NCBI RefSeq assembly: GCF_004010195.1
Contig: NC_057718.1
Coordinates: 99,288,950-99,308,949, forward strand
From: Chiloscyllium plagiosum
Lineage: Eukaryota
Direction of reading: 5' to 3'
DNA length: 20,000 bases
This document shows positions 19,024 to 20,000 of the stretch, in pieces. Each line of letters begins with the position of its first letter. Within the stretch, counting starts at the first letter, position 1. Made by a program: the position numbers and the translations under genes. Under the pieces are notes generated by a model. That model ran no database searches. It was given only the letters and a program-made list of their open reading frames with translations, and was not told where the DNA came from.

Positions 19024-19246
19024 ATGATTTGGAGGAGCCGGTGTTGGACTGGGGCGGACAAAGTTAAAAATCACACAACACCAGGTTATAGTCCAACAGG
19101 TTCATTTGGAAGCACTAGCTTTCGGAGCGACGCTCCTTCATCAGGTGGTTCTTATACTCCACAACCACCTGATGAAGGAGCAGCGCTCCGAAAGTTTCCA
19201 ATTAAACCTGTTGGACTGTAACCTGGTGTGTTATGACTTTAAATTT
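19024..19246. mobile_element. Palindromic Penelope-derived short element
   Basis: Arms 19061-19150 and 19163-19246 are inverted around a 12-nt loop. Each arm carries a hammerhead core. Confidence 0.88.
19109..19150 (-). ncRNA. Minimal type I hammerhead ribozyme motif (Penelope type)
   Basis: Minus strand AACCAC-CUGAUGA-A-GGAGC-GUC-GCUCC-GAAA-GC-UA-GUGCUU: full core, 5-bp stem II, palindromic AGCU stem III, stem I with 5 of 6 pairs. Confidence 0.7.
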
Positions 19247-19292
19247 AAACAGGTTGAGAAAAGTGACAATTGTTTCATGTCATTATATAGTT

Positions 19293-19658
19293 ATTGAATT
19301 GAATTGAGTTTATTGTCATGTGTTCCGATGCACAGTGAAAAGCTTTGTCTTGCGAGCAATAGAAGCAGATTACAGAGTTAAGTAGTGGAGATAGTAAATA
19401 ATAGGTAAACAGCAGCAGAAACAAAAACACAGGTACAGGTGAATGTTAAGAGTTTGTGAGTCCATTCAGTATTCTAACAACAGTAGGGTAGAAACTGTTT
19501 CGAAACCGGCTGGTGCATGTGTTCAGGCTTCTGTACCTTCTCCCCAGTGGTAGATGTTGTAGAAAAACATTGCCAGGGTGGGATGGATCTTTAAGAATGC
19601 TGGCGGCCTTTCCTTGACAGCGGGCCTGGTAGATGGATTCTATAGATGGGAAATTAGG
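19293..19658 (-). mobile_element. Rex1/Babar LINE 3' fragment (ORF2 C-terminus and 3' UTR)
   Basis: PSIESIYQARCQGKAASILKDPSHPGNVFLQHLPLGRRYRSLNTCTSRFRNSFYPTVVRILN is the characteristic Rex/Babar ORF end. (TTCAA)n tail at 19293-19307. Confidence 0.92.
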
Positions 19659-19718
19659 TACAGTTCTCACCAAAGGGAAAAACAGGAACAGGGGTCTAAG
19701 TTGGGTGATCAGGGGGAA

Positions 19719-20000
19719 GTACCTGTCAGGAACAAGTTGAATCTTTTGGAAACAGTAGAAACAGATGACACTGCCAGTCCGTGAGGCGGCCAGGTCTGTC
19801 AATCAAAAGTTGGCATGGAGACAGAGCGAAAGAGTTGGACATCGCACAGAGCCGTGGTAATAGGGGGCTCCATAGTGAGAGGAACTGACCGGGGTTTTTG
19901 TGGCAGCAGGCGGGACTTAAGGATGGTGTGTTGCCTTCCTGGTGCCAGGGTTAAAGACATCACAGAGTACAGGAAATCCTCAAGGACGAAGGTGAAGAGC
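19719..20000 (+). mobile_element. CR1 ORF1 relic with SGNH/esterase domain (pseudogenised, runs off window)
   Basis: VPVRNKLNLLETV..*..RAVVIGGSIVRGTDRGFCGSRRDLRMVCCLPGARVKDITE, then a frameshift to VQEILKDEGEE. This matches the CR1 ORF1 motifs VIGDSIVR and CLPGARV. In-frame TGA at 19782-19784. Confidence 0.9.

Overview
This is eukaryotic, repeat-rich genomic DNA with no prokaryotic features. The repeat families point to a cartilaginous fish (shark/ray): HE1-type tRNA SINEs sharing a 3' tail with CR1/HER1 LINEs, Deu-domain SINEs, Penelope-like elements and Rex1/Babar. Roughly half the window is decayed retroelements, often nested. Recognisable protein relics are a Penelope GIY-YIG C-terminus (8645-8790), a Rex/Babar ORF2 C-terminus (19446-19658, minus) and a CR1 ORF1 SGNH-esterase (19719-20000). 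No host gene can be named. Three plus-strand ATG-to-splice-donor segments (3305-3375, 15432-15462, 17309-17514) are low-confidence candidate exons, so the window is probably intronic or 5'-genic. The most notable structures are: (i) several Penelope-type minimal hammerhead ribozyme cores, one apparently intact at 19109-19150 (minus); (ii) a 627-bp fold-back whose two arms both carry 36-bp tandem expansions (11991-12617); (iii) a VNTR-containing non-autonomous element with a Rex/Babar-like tail (15829-16710); (iv) a ~285-bp locally templated insertion inside a CR1 (4120-4404); and (v) two TSD-flanked insertions in copies of the same SINE family. I see no convincing evidence for a wholly new biological system. 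Family names come from recalled consensus features, not from a database search.
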